Counted from the stretch's first letter, positions 18,794 through 29,434 are shown. The stretch: DNA of 64,000 nt from Deltaproteobacteria bacterium (GCA_032128375.1 JAQBGU010000002.1:1-64000); one strand, 5' to 3'. Numbers and translations are program-made. The notes: generated by a model from the sequence alone, not told the origin.

Positions 18794-20143
18794 TTACGGC
18801 CTGGCGCTGACGGCTGTCCACGGTAGACCCGAGACCTCGGTCTTCTCGAACGCAAAGTTGAAGGTGGATCCGAGCACCACACAAGCTGCCAGCGCGGTGA
18901 GCACTGCGGTGATGCTGAACGCTGCAACGCGACCGCGTTGCATCCAAATCGCCAGCGTCTCGCTCGCGTAGATGCCGAATGGCAACGAGAGCGACAACAG
19001 TGATGTTCCTTTGACGACCGCGAAGTACGGGTTCACCCAGGTGAAATAGGCATAGCCGGTCAAGGTGAGAGCCGTGTAGATCAACAATGGCGCGTCCGGG
19101 CCGCTCTTGTCGCGCAGCAGGCGGCGCGCCCCGCGCAGCAGGCCCATCGCGAAAGCGCCAGTGGGAAGCAGCGCCAGCAGCAGCGTCGCACAGCCCAGTG
19201 ACGTGACAGCCGGGTCGTTGCGCGGCAACAAGAACCGGTGTCCGTCGAACCATGCGGTCGCATAGGTGCTTCCCCAGACCGAGTGGAGCAAGTCGGGGTG
19301 TGTCAACGTCGGGTCGCTAAAAGTCGCGAGCGGAACGTAGAAATAGTCGCGAACCGAGCGTTCACCCGGTGGCATGTCGAACATGGATGCGTGGATGGGT
19401 AGCCTCGCGGGTTGGAAATAGCCGTAAATCAGCCGATTGCGCGCATAGAACCATCCACCGGCGAGTCCGGCGACCAGCAGCGCAACGGCGACTTGCTGAC
19501 TGGCGCGAAGAAAGGTTCGTTCGCGCAGCCCAGCGAGTGCGTAACTGGCCGCCGCGGTAGCTGCGGCCAACACTCCGGGGAGTTTGGTCAGGGTGGCGAG
19601 CCCCGCCGCAAGACCCACACGGGCCGCATTGGCAATCGGGCGCCCATGCCTGGGGAACGCGAGCCAGAACAGTGTGATCGATGCGAGCAGCGAGACCAGA
19701 ATTTCCTCGTTGACCATCAGGCTCATGTGGATGTTGGCCGGAAGGAACAGCAGTAGGCCGCCAGCGAGCAGTGCTCGCTCGGGCTGGTCGGGTTCGAGGC
19801 GGTGTACTGCCACCAGTGCGAGGGCCGCACATCCCAACCCGAAAGCGGTGTTCACAAGCGGAATGACTACGAGGTTGCGACCCACTAGCGCCCAGATCGC
19901 CGCAATGATCGTGAAGTAGAGCGGCGGGTCAGACGTCGACCAGCCGACTTCGGGACTGGGCAGTACCCAGTCCTCGCTCATCCGAAGGATGTATCGCAAG
20001 TTGAAACTGGAGTCGAAACCCCAGTCCGGCGGGTACGAGATCGCGTTGAATAGCCGCACGGCGATTGCTATCGCGGTGAAGCCAGCTGCGACGAGTAGGA
20101 GCTGCGTTGACGGGCGGCGAGCCATCGAGGCGAATAGCCTCAC
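18794..20143 (-). CDS. GT-C (GT39/ArnT-like) membrane glycosyltransferase
   Basis: Multi-TM; GFD loop, DPPLY, NEE and LATLTK motifs. Confidence 0.8.
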   Translation of the reverse strand: MRLFASMARRPSTQLLLVAAGFTAIAIAVRLFNAISYPPDWGFDSSFNLRYILRMSEDWVLPSPEVGWSTSDPPLYFTIIAAIWALVGRNLVVIPLVNTAFGLGCAALALVAVHRLEPDQPERALLAGGLLLFLPANIHMSLMVNEEILVSLLASITLFWLAFPRHGRPIANAARVGLAAGLATLTKLPGVLAAATAAASYALAGLRERTFLRASQQVAVALLVAGLAGGWFYARNRLIYGYFQPARLPIHASMFDMPPGERSVRDYFYVPLATFSDPTLTHPDLLHSVWGSTYATAWFDGHRFLLPRNDPAVTSLGCATLLLALLPTGAFAMGLLRGARRLLRDKSGPDAPLLIYTALTLTGYAYFTWVNPYFAVVKGTSLLSLSLPFGIYASETLAIWMQRGRVAAFSITAVLTALAACVVLGSTFNFAFEKTEVSGLPWTAVSARP

Positions 20144-20216
20144 CCAGTTTCGGGTTTCCTGCTAGTTGCGCGTCTGCCGCCGGTGGCGAAAGCTCGCCGC
20201 GTCGTCGCGTGGATGT

Positions 20217-21107
20217 TCAGGCGATCTTCCCGAGCCATTCGGCAATGGCTTGGCCGATTTCGTCGGGAGAGTCTTCTTGAACAAAGTGACTTCCCTTGAC
20301 GGTCACTTCGGTTTGGTTGGGCCAGCTGCGGCAGAACTCGCGCTGCGGGCCGGTAAGGATGGTTCCGGGTTCTGCGTTGATGAAGAGTTTGGGCAGATCG
20401 GAACGACTCAGCCAATCTGCATATCGTTGCGCGATCTCAACGACATCTGCGGGCTCGCCTGCGAGCGGGATCTGTCGCGGCCATGTCAGTGTGGGGCGCC
20501 GGCTTTCGCCCGCTTCGGTGTAGGGCCGGCCATAAAATTTCTTTTCGGCGTCAGTCAGGCCGCGCAGGATCGACGCGGGCAACACGTTCTCGACGAAAAT
20601 GTTCTTGTCGAGCACCATCGATTCGCCCGCAGCGGACCGAAAATTCTTGAACAGCGAGCGAGCGGCTTCGGGCCACTCGTCCCAACTCATGGGTCGGACG
20701 ATGGCCTCCATGTAAGCGATGCCCTTGACCTGGTCCCGGTGTCGGTTCGCCCAATCGAAACCCAGCGCTGAACCCCAATCGTGGATCACCCATGTGACGT
20801 GGGTCGCGTTCGAATCGACTCCAATCGCATCCAGCAACCCGTCGAGGTACTCCCGGTGTTCGACGAAGCGGTAGCTGTCCGGACCGGAATACTCGAGCTT
20901 TTCGGAATCTCCCATGCCAATCAGGTCCGGGGCAATGCAGCGGCCGAGGCCTTCGAGGTGCGGAATCACGTTGCGCCACAAGTACGAAGATGTCGGGTTT
21001 CCATGCAAGAAGACGATCGGATCGCCGGATCCGACTTCGAGATAGGCCATCGAGCGACCCTTCACGCTGACGCGCTGTTTCGGATAGCGTTCTTCGGCGG
21101 AGATCAT
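20217..21107 (-). CDS. dhaA: Haloalkane dehalogenase
   Basis: [34 protein letters not shown] and [12 protein letters not shown] motifs. Confidence 0.93.
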   Translation of the reverse strand: MISAEERYPKQRVSVKGRSMAYLEVGSGDPIVFLHGNPTSSYLWRNVIPHLEGLGRCIAPDLIGMGDSEKLEYSGPDSYRFVEHREYLDGLLDAIGVDSNATHVTWVIHDWGSALGFDWANRHRDQVKGIAYMEAIVRPMSWDEWPEAARSLFKNFRSAAGESMVLDKNIFVENVLPASILRGLTDAEKKFYGRPYTEAGESRRPTLTWPRQIPLAGEPADVVEIAQRYADWLSRSDLPKLFINAEPGTILTGPQREFCRSWPNQTEVTVKGSHFVQEDSPDEIGQAIAEWLGKIA

Positions 21108-21305
21108 TCGAGGCTCCCGGCGTGAAATCGGCGGTGATACCGAATTCGCGCGGATGATGTTGCTCCGCACCGACGCCGCTAGCAACCCAGAAGGTTCGCC
21201 AACGGGCTGCTAGGCTTGGGCCACTCGTGTGTCGAGGAGGCGAAAGCCGTGACGGTGACAGGAACGATCGCAGTGAGCCGTCTAGCATCCAGAATGCCAG
21301 CCAGA

Positions 21306-22274
21306 ATGAAGGAGGCGCTGTTGGTCAGCGATGCGGTCGAGCGCCGCTTCGCCGCGCGGCTGGAGCAGGCGGCGCCGGAGATGCCGCGCGTGGTGGTCTC
21401 GCTGGACGGGCACGCAGGCGCGCTCGAAGACGTGACCGTCGCGTATTTTTCCGGCGATGTGTTCCCTGACCGAACTGTCGACTTCTTGCGGACGGTGATT
21501 CGCGCCAAGCGGCTGCGATGGTTTCACAGTTTCAGCGCCGGCGTCGACAGCCCCTTTTTTCAGGGTCTGCTCGAGCGTGGAATTCGGCTGAGCACCTCGT
21601 CGGGAGCCATGGCCGCACCCATTGCTCACACGGTGTTTCTGTACATCCTGGCTTTTTCGCGGGACCTGCGAGGGTGGTTCAGCGACCAGCACGAGCAGGT
21701 CTGGGCACCGCGCGAGGTTCGTGACTTGCAGGGCCGCCGGCTCGGTGTCTTCGGTCTCGGGCCGATTGGCCTCGAGATCGCCAGGCTGGGTCGTGCGTTC
21801 GGGATGGACGTCGTCGGGTTTCGGCGCAATCCGCGCGGCGACGAACCGTGCGAAACTCGAACCTCCGGCGAACTGGCCGCTGCACTGGGCTCGCTCGACT
21901 ACCTGGTGCTCGCGGCGCCACTTTCCGATGAGACACGGTGTGTGATCGACGCCGCCGCACTGCGGGCGATGAAGAGCGACGCGGTGCTGGTCAACATCGC
22001 GCGCGGCGAGCTCGTCGAACAGACTTCGCTCGTCGAGGCGCTGACGCAGGGCTGGATCGGCGGCGCCGCGCTCGATGTGTTCGAACAAGAGCCGCTTCCC
22101 GAAGGTAACCCGCTTTGGAATCTGCCAAACGTGATCGTGACCCCACACAGTTCCGGCAACAACCCGGGCAATTTCTTCCGCGCCACTGAGATCTTCATCG
22201 ACAACCTGGGTCGATATGTCCGGGGCGAACCGTTGCGCAACGAAGTGACACGCGCCGGCGAAGCAATTTCGTAA
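21306..22274 (+). CDS. D-2-hydroxyacid dehydrogenase
   Basis: GLGPIG, NIARGELV, LDVFEQEPL and TPH motifs. Confidence 0.93.
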   Translation: MKEALLVSDAVERRFAARLEQAAPEMPRVVVSLDGHAGALEDVTVAYFSGDVFPDRTVDFLRTVIRAKRLRWFHSFSAGVDSPFFQGLLERGIRLSTSSGAMAAPIAHTVFLYILAFSRDLRGWFSDQHEQVWAPREVRDLQGRRLGVFGLGPIGLEIARLGRAFGMDVVGFRRNPRGDEPCETRTSGELAAALGSLDYLVLAAPLSDETRCVIDAAALRAMKSDAVLVNIARGELVEQTSLVEALTQGWIGGAALDVFEQEPLPEGNPLWNLPNVIVTPHSSGNNPGNFFRATEIFIDNLGRYVRGEPLRNEVTRAGEAIS

Positions 22275-22301
22275 TTCGTCCAAATTTGCGTGGGAGAGCA
22301 C

Positions 22302-23384
22302 ATGACACGAAAACGAGTCGTGGTGATCGAAGGAGAGGACGCCGCCCCCGAAGCGATGCGTCCGTGTGTCGCCCTGCTCGAGAACTGGATCCCCGATATC
22401 GAGTGGATCCATCCGGCGGTCGGCGAGCGCGGCAAGCAGGTCCACGGCTCGCTGTTTCCAACCCAGGCGCGTGAAGCGATCGATGCCTCCGATGCGACGT
22501 TGTTCGGGTCCACCAGCGGACCGAGCGCGCCGGCGTTGATGTACTTGCGCTGGGGGCGCCAGACCTACGCGAACGTTCGCCCGGCGCGCTATCGACCCGG
22601 CTACAAGAGCCCGCTCGCGCACCCAGAAAATGTCGACCTGGTGATCGTGCGTGAAAACCTGGAAGACATGTACATGGGTATCGAGGGCGATATCGAGGCT
22701 TTGAGCGAACTGAAGCTTCACAGTACGACCGCCAGGAGACCCCTTTCCGATTTCGAACCGGGCCGCTACGCGCTCAAGTTGATTACCGAAGCCGGAACCG
22801 AGCGCGTCGCGCGCTACGCGTTCGAACTCGCGCGGAAGCGTCGCGAGCGCGGCCGGCCGGGCCGTTTGACCTGTGGAACCAAGCACAACATGTTGCCGTA
22901 CAGCGATGGCTATTTCCGGGAGGTGACCGAACGCGTCGCGGCTGACTACCCCGATGTCGAATACAATTGCCTGATCGTCGACGACCTGGCCCACAAGTTG
23001 GTGATCGATTCAGACGCATTCGATGTGATCGTGCTTCCGAACCTCTACGGTGACATTCTTTCCGACGCGGCCGCCGGCCTGATCGGCGGTTTGGGGTTGG
23101 CGGCGAGCGGATGTTATGGCACCCACTACGCGTACTTCGAGTCGGCACACGGAACCGCGCCCGACATCGCCGGCCAGAACATCATCAACCCCACCGCGAC
23201 GCTCCTGTCGGCGGCGATGATGCTCGAGTACCTGGAGTTCGTTGCCGAGGCCGAGCGTCTCGAATCCTCGCTCGCGAAGGTTTACGAGCAGGGAAAGGCG
23301 CTGACCCCGGACCAGGGTGGAGGCGCTACGACGACGGAGTTCTGCGACGCCGTGGCAGCAGAATACGACCGGATGTCCGGTTGA
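22302..23384 (+). CDS. Isocitrate/isopropylmalate dehydrogenase family protein
   Basis: IVRENLED, PNLYGDILSD and ESAHGTAPDIAG motifs. Confidence 0.93.
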   Translation: MTRKRVVVIEGEDAAPEAMRPCVALLENWIPDIEWIHPAVGERGKQVHGSLFPTQAREAIDASDATLFGSTSGPSAPALMYLRWGRQTYANVRPARYRPGYKSPLAHPENVDLVIVRENLEDMYMGIEGDIEALSELKLHSTTARRPLSDFEPGRYALKLITEAGTERVARYAFELARKRRERGRPGRLTCGTKHNMLPYSDGYFREVTERVAADYPDVEYNCLIVDDLAHKLVIDSDAFDVIVLPNLYGDILSDAAAGLIGGLGLAASGCYGTHYAYFESAHGTAPDIAGQNIINPTATLLSAAMMLEYLEFVAEAERLESSLAKVYEQGKALTPDQGGGATTTEFCDAVAAEYDRMSG

Positions 23385-24079
23385 CGTCAGCGATCCGTGC
23401 AGTGGTCTTCGACTTGTTCGGAACGCTCGTGCCGAAATGGTCCAGCGAGCTTGCGGCCGCGCGCAACGCGTCGATTGCAGATGACCTCGGGGTATCGGCC
23501 AAAGACTTCGAAGTCGCCTGGCAGACGACTTTCTCGCATCGTGAGTGCGGCAGGCTTGCCTCGGTGCCCGACGCGATTCGCTCCATGCTTCCGCAGCTGG
23601 GAATCGAAGCCGGCGAAGAGCAATTGCAGGCGGCGGCGGAACGGAGCCTTCTGCTTCATCGCAGCCGGATCGTTCCGCGCGTCGATGTCGAACCTACGCT
23701 GGTGGCGCTGCGCGCGCGCGGGCTGTGTCTGGGGCTACTCAGCAACATCAGCGCGCCTGGACCCGACGTGTTTCGCGCGCTCCCGATCGCCGGACAGTTT
23801 CGGAGCCTGATTTTCTCCAATGAGGTCGGTGTCGAAAAACCCGAACCCACGATCTACGCGAAGTCCACAACCGAGCTCGGCGTACCGGCGGAAAGCTGCC
23901 TCTTTGTCGGCGACGGTGGCAGCCGCGAACTCACGGGCGCGAATCGGGCCGGCATGAAAGCGGTGCTGATTCGGGTCGATTCGGAGATCGAGGAGGAAGG
24001 CTGGTTCGACGATGCGGCCGAATGGCAGGGGCCAACGATCTCGAGCATCCAAGAGGTGCTCGCACTCGTCGACAGCTGA
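23381..24079 (+). CDS. HAD family hydrolase
   Basis: FDLFGTL, LSN, KPEP and FVGDG motifs; TTG start overlaps the upstream TGA. Confidence 0.9.
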   Translation: MTSAIRAVVFDLFGTLVPKWSSELAAARNASIADDLGVSAKDFEVAWQTTFSHRECGRLASVPDAIRSMLPQLGIEAGEEQLQAAAERSLLLHRSRIVPRVDVEPTLVALRARGLCLGLLSNISAPGPDVFRALPIAGQFRSLIFSNEVGVEKPEPTIYAKSTTELGVPAESCLFVGDGGSRELTGANRAGMKAVLIRVDSEIEEEGWFDDAAEWQGPTISSIQEVLALVDS

Positions 24080-24143
24080 CTCGGTTTCATATGCCGACCC
24101 GCTCCAGCCGACTCTCGTCGGCCGAGCGAGCTACGCTCGGGCA

Positions 24144-25067
24144 ATGTCTGAATCGATTACGTTCTCCGGTAGTACCCTCAACCGCTCTTCGAACCAGCGC
24201 CGCGATGCGGAGTGGATCGCGCGTCACCTCGACGATGACGCCGCCCGCTTTCTGCCGATGTGGAAACTCAACCCATTGGTCAAGCTGGGCGAACAGCGCT
24301 CGCTGGCCTGGGCGAAATTCGAGATGTTCGATGACATCAAGCCCGCGCCGACGCCGATGCTGCTCGGAATCGATGGCGACGTGGCCCATTTCGCGGTCGA
24401 TGTCTCCTCGGTCGAAGACCCAGAGGTTGCCTTTGGAGTCGACGAAGTGGCCAAATTCGAGGAGTTGCGCGGCGTCGTTCCGCAGCTGTCGCATGCAGAA
24501 GCCTCGATTGCCGCCCACGCGCGCTCGCTTACCGATTGGCATGCGCGCCACGGCTATTGCGCGGCGTGTGGTAGCGCGACGGTTCCCGAATCATGCGGTG
24601 CCAACCGGCGCTGTCCCGACTGCTCGGTCGAGCACTTCCCGCGCACCGACCCGGTCGCCATCGCGGTCGTGGGGCGCGGTGACCAGTGTCTGCTCGGCCG
24701 CGGCTCCGGCTGGCCGAACACGATGTATTCGGCGCTTGCCGGCTTCATCGAGCCCGGCGAGACGTTGGAAGAGGCCGTGCGCCGCGAGGTGCAGGAAGAG
24801 AGCGGCATCCGCGTCGGCGATGTGCACTATGTCAAGAGTCAACCGTGGCCGTTTCCGTCTTCTCTGATGATCGGATGCATCGGCGAGGGCGAAAGCGATG
24901 AGATCAGCGTGGATTTCGGTGAACTCGAAGATGTGAAATGGTTCTCGTTGAAAACGATTCAGGCCGCACTCGATGGCCAATCGAGCGAGTTGTTCATTCC
25001 GCCACCGTTCGCGGTCGCGCATCATCTGGTTCGCGCCTGGGCGCAGCGGCGCTCGGGAAAAGCTTAG
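24144..25067 (+). CDS. nudC: NAD(+)/NADH diphosphatase
   Basis: Zn finger CxxC...CxxC, Nudix box GETLEEAVRREVQEESG and SQPWPFPSS signature. Confidence 0.95.
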   Translation: MSESITFSGSTLNRSSNQRRDAEWIARHLDDDAARFLPMWKLNPLVKLGEQRSLAWAKFEMFDDIKPAPTPMLLGIDGDVAHFAVDVSSVEDPEVAFGVDEVAKFEELRGVVPQLSHAEASIAAHARSLTDWHARHGYCAACGSATVPESCGANRRCPDCSVEHFPRTDPVAIAVVGRGDQCLLGRGSGWPNTMYSALAGFIEPGETLEEAVRREVQEESGIRVGDVHYVKSQPWPFPSSLMIGCIGEGESDEISVDFGELEDVKWFSLKTIQAALDGQSSELFIPPPFAVAHHLVRAWAQRRSGKA

Positions 25068-25175
25068 CGGGAGTTATCGGGCAGCCGGCAAGGAGTTCCG
25101 CGCCGATGAGGTGTTCGAATTCGGCACAACCTGCAGAGGACACGGATTGAATATCGGTCGGGTGGATCCGTTCCG

Positions 25176-25805
25176 CTACTTGCGCGCAAGCGGCACAATG
25201 TTTCGCAACTGTTCAGCAGGGAACGGCTCGCCTTGTAGGAACGAACCGATTCCCGTGTCGATCAGCGAGAAGAAGCTTTTCAGCGCGTCGAGACGCGCCT
25301 GCAGGATTGCGTTGTTGTCGTTCTTCACAGTGGAGCGACCCGTTGCGCGTCCAGTGCCGCGTTCGCTGGCTTGCTCGGTCTCAGAAACAGCAGACAAGAC
25401 CTGGCGCACGGTCCAACGAAAGCGGCGCTCAAAAATTTCCTGCATCGCACGGAAAAAATCCGTCGCTGCGATGTAGTGATCCTTACGCGAACCCGGCACA
25501 GGTTTGCGTCGCACCAGGTGCCACTCGACAAGAACGCGGACGTTGATCGAGATATTGCTCTTGCTCTGATCGAGTTGTTCGGCGATATCTTCGAGACTCA
25601 GCGGTTCGAGCTGCAGATACAGCAGCGCGAAGATTCTCGCCTGCTGCTGCGTGAGAATGCCCGAGGTCGCCGCGGCTGCTCCCATCCCGTCTACAAAGCT
25701 GGCGGTCTTGCGGTCCAGTGTGTGCCTCCGTTTCGACTGCGCAGAGAATGCCGGTGTCCGATCGCGTCTTGGTTGCGCTACGTGCCGAGTTCGGTTTTCG
25801 CTCAT
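25176..25805 (-). CDS. GbsR/MarR family transcriptional regulator (alternative CTG start at 25718)
   Basis: ARIFALLYL, LSLEDIAEQLDQSKSNIS and GSRKDHY motifs. Confidence 0.88.
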   Translation of the reverse strand: MSENRTRHVAQPRRDRTPAFSAQSKRRHTLDRKTASFVDGMGAAAATSGILTQQQARIFALLYLQLEPLSLEDIAEQLDQSKSNISINVRVLVEWHLVRRKPVPGSRKDHYIAATDFFRAMQEIFERRFRWTVRQVLSAVSETEQASERGTGRATGRSTVKNDNNAILQARLDALKSFFSLIDTGIGSFLQGEPFPAEQLRNIVPLARK

Positions 25806-25816
25806 CTGGAGGGACG

Positions 25817-26608
25817 TCAGGTCCGCGCGGGCACAGACTCGGCCGGGTCGCGGCGCCGGCGACCGACGTACTTCAGCACTTCCACGCCCGCGCCACCCAC
25901 TACCGCTGCGATGAACCAGGCGCCACCATTGCTGAGGATCGAGCCGTGTATAGCGCGCAGAGCGATCGCGATCGCGATACCGGTCGCAAACCCCAACCAT
26001 GGGAGCTCGCGCCAAACGATGTATTGACGCTTGGAATAGACCGCTACGAACGGTACGAAGGATGTGGTCGCAAGGTAGTCGATGTAAGAGCGCCCGTATC
26101 GGGCCGCGAGCTTCCGATCCTGGTGCAGCGCGCCCAGGATCGAGACGGCAGCGAAACCGCCGAAGAAAACCGCTCCGATCAAGCGGCTGGCCAGCAGCGC
26201 GTGCGCGAGCGCGAACAGGCTGAGTCCGACGAAGAATGCGTGTCGAGAAATGCGAGCCAAGCCTTCTGGCTGACGTACGTCGTTCGATGCCAACGCCATC
26301 GGAGAGCTGCGGTACGCGACCAGGCTGGCCGCGATCAGCGATACGCCTGTGCCGATGAGCCCGATCCCAATCGGCCGCAGCGAGTCGAATTGGGCGATCG
26401 CGAGTCCGGCCGGCCCTTCGGCTCGGTGTACCGCGTAGTAGGCCACCAATCCACTGAACACAAGCGCAGAGATCAGCGAGAAGAGCAACGTGAAGCCTGC
26501 CTCTCCGAATGTTTCTACTGCCTTTGCACGCAAATGCTTCGTAGTGAGTCCAATGTGCACTGCTCCAAACGAAGTCCACAGTAGGGCCAGAGTGGTTGTG
26601 GGGTCCAC
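25817..26608 (-). CDS. NnrU family membrane protein
   Basis: GLARISRH, HQDRKL and TSFVPF motifs; AAGGAG RBS with GTG. Confidence 0.88.
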   Translation of the reverse strand: MDPTTTLALLWTSFGAVHIGLTTKHLRAKAVETFGEAGFTLLFSLISALVFSGLVAYYAVHRAEGPAGLAIAQFDSLRPIGIGLIGTGVSLIAASLVAYRSSPMALASNDVRQPEGLARISRHAFFVGLSLFALAHALLASRLIGAVFFGGFAAVSILGALHQDRKLAARYGRSYIDYLATTSFVPFVAVYSKRQYIVWRELPWLGFATGIAIAIALRAIHGSILSNGGAWFIAAVVGGAGVEVLKYVGRRRRDPAESVPART

Positions 26609-26642
26609 GATTGATTCTCCTTTCCGAACTGACTGTTTGTTT

Positions 26643-26675
26643 AGAACATTTAATATATCTTGTACGTTCTGTCAA
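26643..26675 (-). promoter_or_regulatory. Sigma70-type promoter (TTGACA) with overlapping imperfect palindrome
   Basis: Minus strand TTGACA-N17-TAAATG; AGAAC-N18-GTTCT palindrome in an AT-rich patch. Confidence 0.55.
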
Positions 26676-26813
26676 TATCGATCGAAAACGGAGATCTGCA
26701 GTCGGCGAACAGGAGACGCAATTCGACCGGGGACGACGTCCAGGCCAACTCCCGGCTGGTCGCCCACGCGACGTCTGGTGCCTGCGCGGAGCGGATGCGC
26801 GACCCGAAGGCGC

Positions 26814-27125
26814 CTAGAAAAGAGCTTTCAATTCGCCGGATTCGTGCATCTCACGAATGATGTCGCAGCCGCCGACGAATTCTCCGCGCACGTAGATCTG
26901 GGGAATCGTCGGCCACCCGGAGAATTCCTGGATGCCCGCGCGAATCTCGGGTGCCTGCATCACATCGACGCTGCCGAAATCGACGCCGTACGATTGGAGG
27001 ATGCCTACGACCGTCGCCGAGAAGCCGCACTCCGGTACGGCCGCGGTGCCCTTCATGAACAAGACGACGGGTTGCTCGGCGAGCAACTCACCCATTTGCG
27101 CTCGCACTTCATCGCTGAGGCTGAT
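26814..27125 (-). CDS. grxD: Grx4 monothiol glutaredoxin, apparent ATC start
   Basis: LFMKG, CGFS, WPTIPQ and GGCDI motifs; GAGGAG lies 6 nt before ATC. Confidence 0.93.
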   Translation of the reverse strand: MSLSDEVRAQMGELLAEQPVVLFMKGTAAVPECGFSATVVGILQSYGVDFGSVDVMQAPEIRAGIQEFSGWPTIPQIYVRGEFVGGCDIIREMHESGELKALF

Positions 27126-27342
27126 TCGAGGCTCCTCGTAAATTTCAGAGTTTCGCTTCCAAACAGCGGGTGCCAGCAGCCATGCGAATCGGTCAGCACA
27201 GAGGCCGGTTCGAGCGAGAAATGCAGCTGGCTCCACGTGCCCTATCATCACCATTTCGCGATTCTGCAGTGAACAAGACCCCGGGGAAGGGCGCGGTGGC
27301 AAGTCGCGCCCGCTGCACGGGAGGCAGGATACGGTACTGTTT

Positions 27343-28440
27343 TTGGTAGTCAATCAGCCGGCGACCCCATTGTCCCCCTCGAAACTTCCTGATCACAGCG
27401 CGCTCGAGCCTGGACGCGGACCGCTCGACCAACTCGGTCGGCCGCTGCGCGATCTGCGCATCTCGGTGACGGATCGCTGCAATTTTCGCTGTCCGTACTG
27501 CATGCCGGCCGAAGTCTACGGCGATAGCTACCAATTTCTCGCGAAGCCGGAATTGCTTACGTTCGAAGAGATCGAGCGACTGGCGCGCCTATTCGTCGGA
27601 ATCGGTGTCGAGAAGTTGCGGATTACCGGTGGCGAACCGCTGCTGCGCCACGAGTTGCCCCAGCTGCTCGAGCGGCTGGTCGCGATCGAAGGGCTCGCGG
27701 ATCTGGCGCTGACCACGAACGGATACCTGCTCGGGCGCCAGGCCGATGCAATCGCACAGGCGGGTCTGTCGAGAATCACCGTCAGTCTCGACAGCCATGA
27801 CGAAGAGATTTTCAAGAAGATGAGCGGACGAAATTTCGGCCCACAGCGCGTGCTCGATGGCATCGATGCGGCGGCGCGCGCCGGAATGAGCCCGATCAAG
27901 ATCAATTGCGTCGTCCAGCGCGGCGTCAACGACCATACATTGGTGGACCTCGCAGGGTTCTTCCGCGAGCGCGGCCACATCGTTCGCTTCATCGAGTTCA
28001 TGGACGTGGGTACACTGAACGGTTGGGATCTCAGCCAGGTCGTAACCGCCGCCGAGATCGCAGAACGCATCGACGGCGAGTTCCCCATCGAACCCATTGC
28101 GCCCAACTACGCCGGTGAAGTCGCCACCCGCTACCGATACCGAGATGGCGGCGGAGAGATCGGCATCATCCCAAGCGTCAGCACACCGTTTTGTGCCAGC
28201 TGTACCCGCGCCCGACTCACCATCGAGGGCAAGCTGGTGACGTGCCTGTTCGCGGAATCCGGTGTCGACCTGCGCACGCCGCTGCGATCGGGCAACAGCG
28301 ACGCGGAGTTGACCGAACAGATCCAAAGCATCTGGTCGGCGCGCAACGACCGCTACTCCGAACTGCGCGCCGGTCTGGCTTCGTCGTCGAGCGGTCGAGG
28401 CACCGGATCGAAGATCGAGATGTACCAGATCGGTGGCTGA
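27343..28440 (+). CDS. moaA: GTP 3',8-cyclase
   Basis: LRISVTDRCNFRCPYCM, CxxC-x13-C and C-terminal IGG. Confidence 0.97.
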   Translation: MVVNQPATPLSPSKLPDHSALEPGRGPLDQLGRPLRDLRISVTDRCNFRCPYCMPAEVYGDSYQFLAKPELLTFEEIERLARLFVGIGVEKLRITGGEPLLRHELPQLLERLVAIEGLADLALTTNGYLLGRQADAIAQAGLSRITVSLDSHDEEIFKKMSGRNFGPQRVLDGIDAAARAGMSPIKINCVVQRGVNDHTLVDLAGFFRERGHIVRFIEFMDVGTLNGWDLSQVVTAAEIAERIDGEFPIEPIAPNYAGEVATRYRYRDGGGEIGIIPSVSTPFCASCTRARLTIEGKLVTCLFAESGVDLRTPLRSGNSDAELTEQIQSIWSARNDRYSELRAGLASSSSGRGTGSKIEMYQIGG

Positions 28441-29005
28441 GCTGTACGTTATGGATATCGTTGAAAAAAAGTGGTTTCTGCCCACACCCCACGGGTGGCG
28501 GCGTGCCGGTCAAGCGGCCGCAATCTCCATCAACGCGGGCGTCGATCTCGCCGTGCCGTCACGCCCGATTCTTCCTGCAATCACCGGCCGAGCTGACAGG
28601 CTGCTAGAGTTCGGGTCCGCGACTCATTGACTGCCTACGTTCCGGTCCTCGCGGAGTTCCGCTGCAAAGATATGGATCGGCCCATTGGGGAGGGCCGCCG
28701 CGTAGGAATATGGGTTCGCCCATTTGTCAACGATCGATTTCGAGAGGACGCCACCGGGACTGCGATCAGCTGATCGATACAAGGGGATGCGCACGGCGTC
28801 GACATCGACTCGGACGCTGGTGCACCGCCCGCCGCTATTCTCGAATCAATCCCGGAGAGCGATCGTCGCCAAAGGCGATTTTGGTTTCGGAATCGCGAGG
28901 AGTACGAACTCAACCGCCTGAAACCTTCTCAGCTAGCGTCGCTACTCTCGGGCGCCTTCCGTCGGAAAAATCGGGTTACATCAGTATGTACCACCCCATC
29001 CACGC

Positions 29006-29240
29006 GTGGCGCGAACACTCCCAGTGACCGAACCTGCGTCGGTAGTCCCGGGCGGCCACGAACCCGTTGGCGACTACGCGTACGTCCGGGTCCTTGATTC
29101 CGGCGGTGGTATGGATCCGGAAACCGGGGAGCGCGCTATCGAACCGCTTTTTTCGACGCGAGGAAAGGACCGTGGGGTCGGCCTCCCGACCGCTCTTGGA
29201 ATCGCACGAGTTCAGCGCGCGCCGGTTCTGTTCCAAAAAC
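29006..29240 (+). pseudogene. Histidine kinase HATPase fragment
   Basis: VRVLDSGGGMDPETGERAIEPLFSTRGKDRGVGL (G1/F/G2 boxes) without the rest of the kinase. Confidence 0.75.
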
Positions 29241-29434
29241 GAACACGGCCGCGCTGCGATTCCCGTTGGACCGTGACGCATTCGACGGCGGCGAGAGAAT
29301 TTTTTCTGAGCATGGATCGTACGCTCGTTCGAGCCGCGGGAGGTTCACTAGCTGAGGTCGGCGTTGTCAACGGTAGGGGCTCACTGGCTTCGTAGCCGGG
29401 ACCCGATCGCGACCCTCGATAAGGAGAATCCGAC

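Noticed and set aside
21282..22994. Long antisense ORFs (also 404-1579, 37953-39656, 41883-43466, 45832-47016)
   Set aside because: Shadow or alternate frames of well-supported genes, expected at high GC
28510..28555. GH3-like AAAISINAGVDL fragment
   Set aside because: Too short to support
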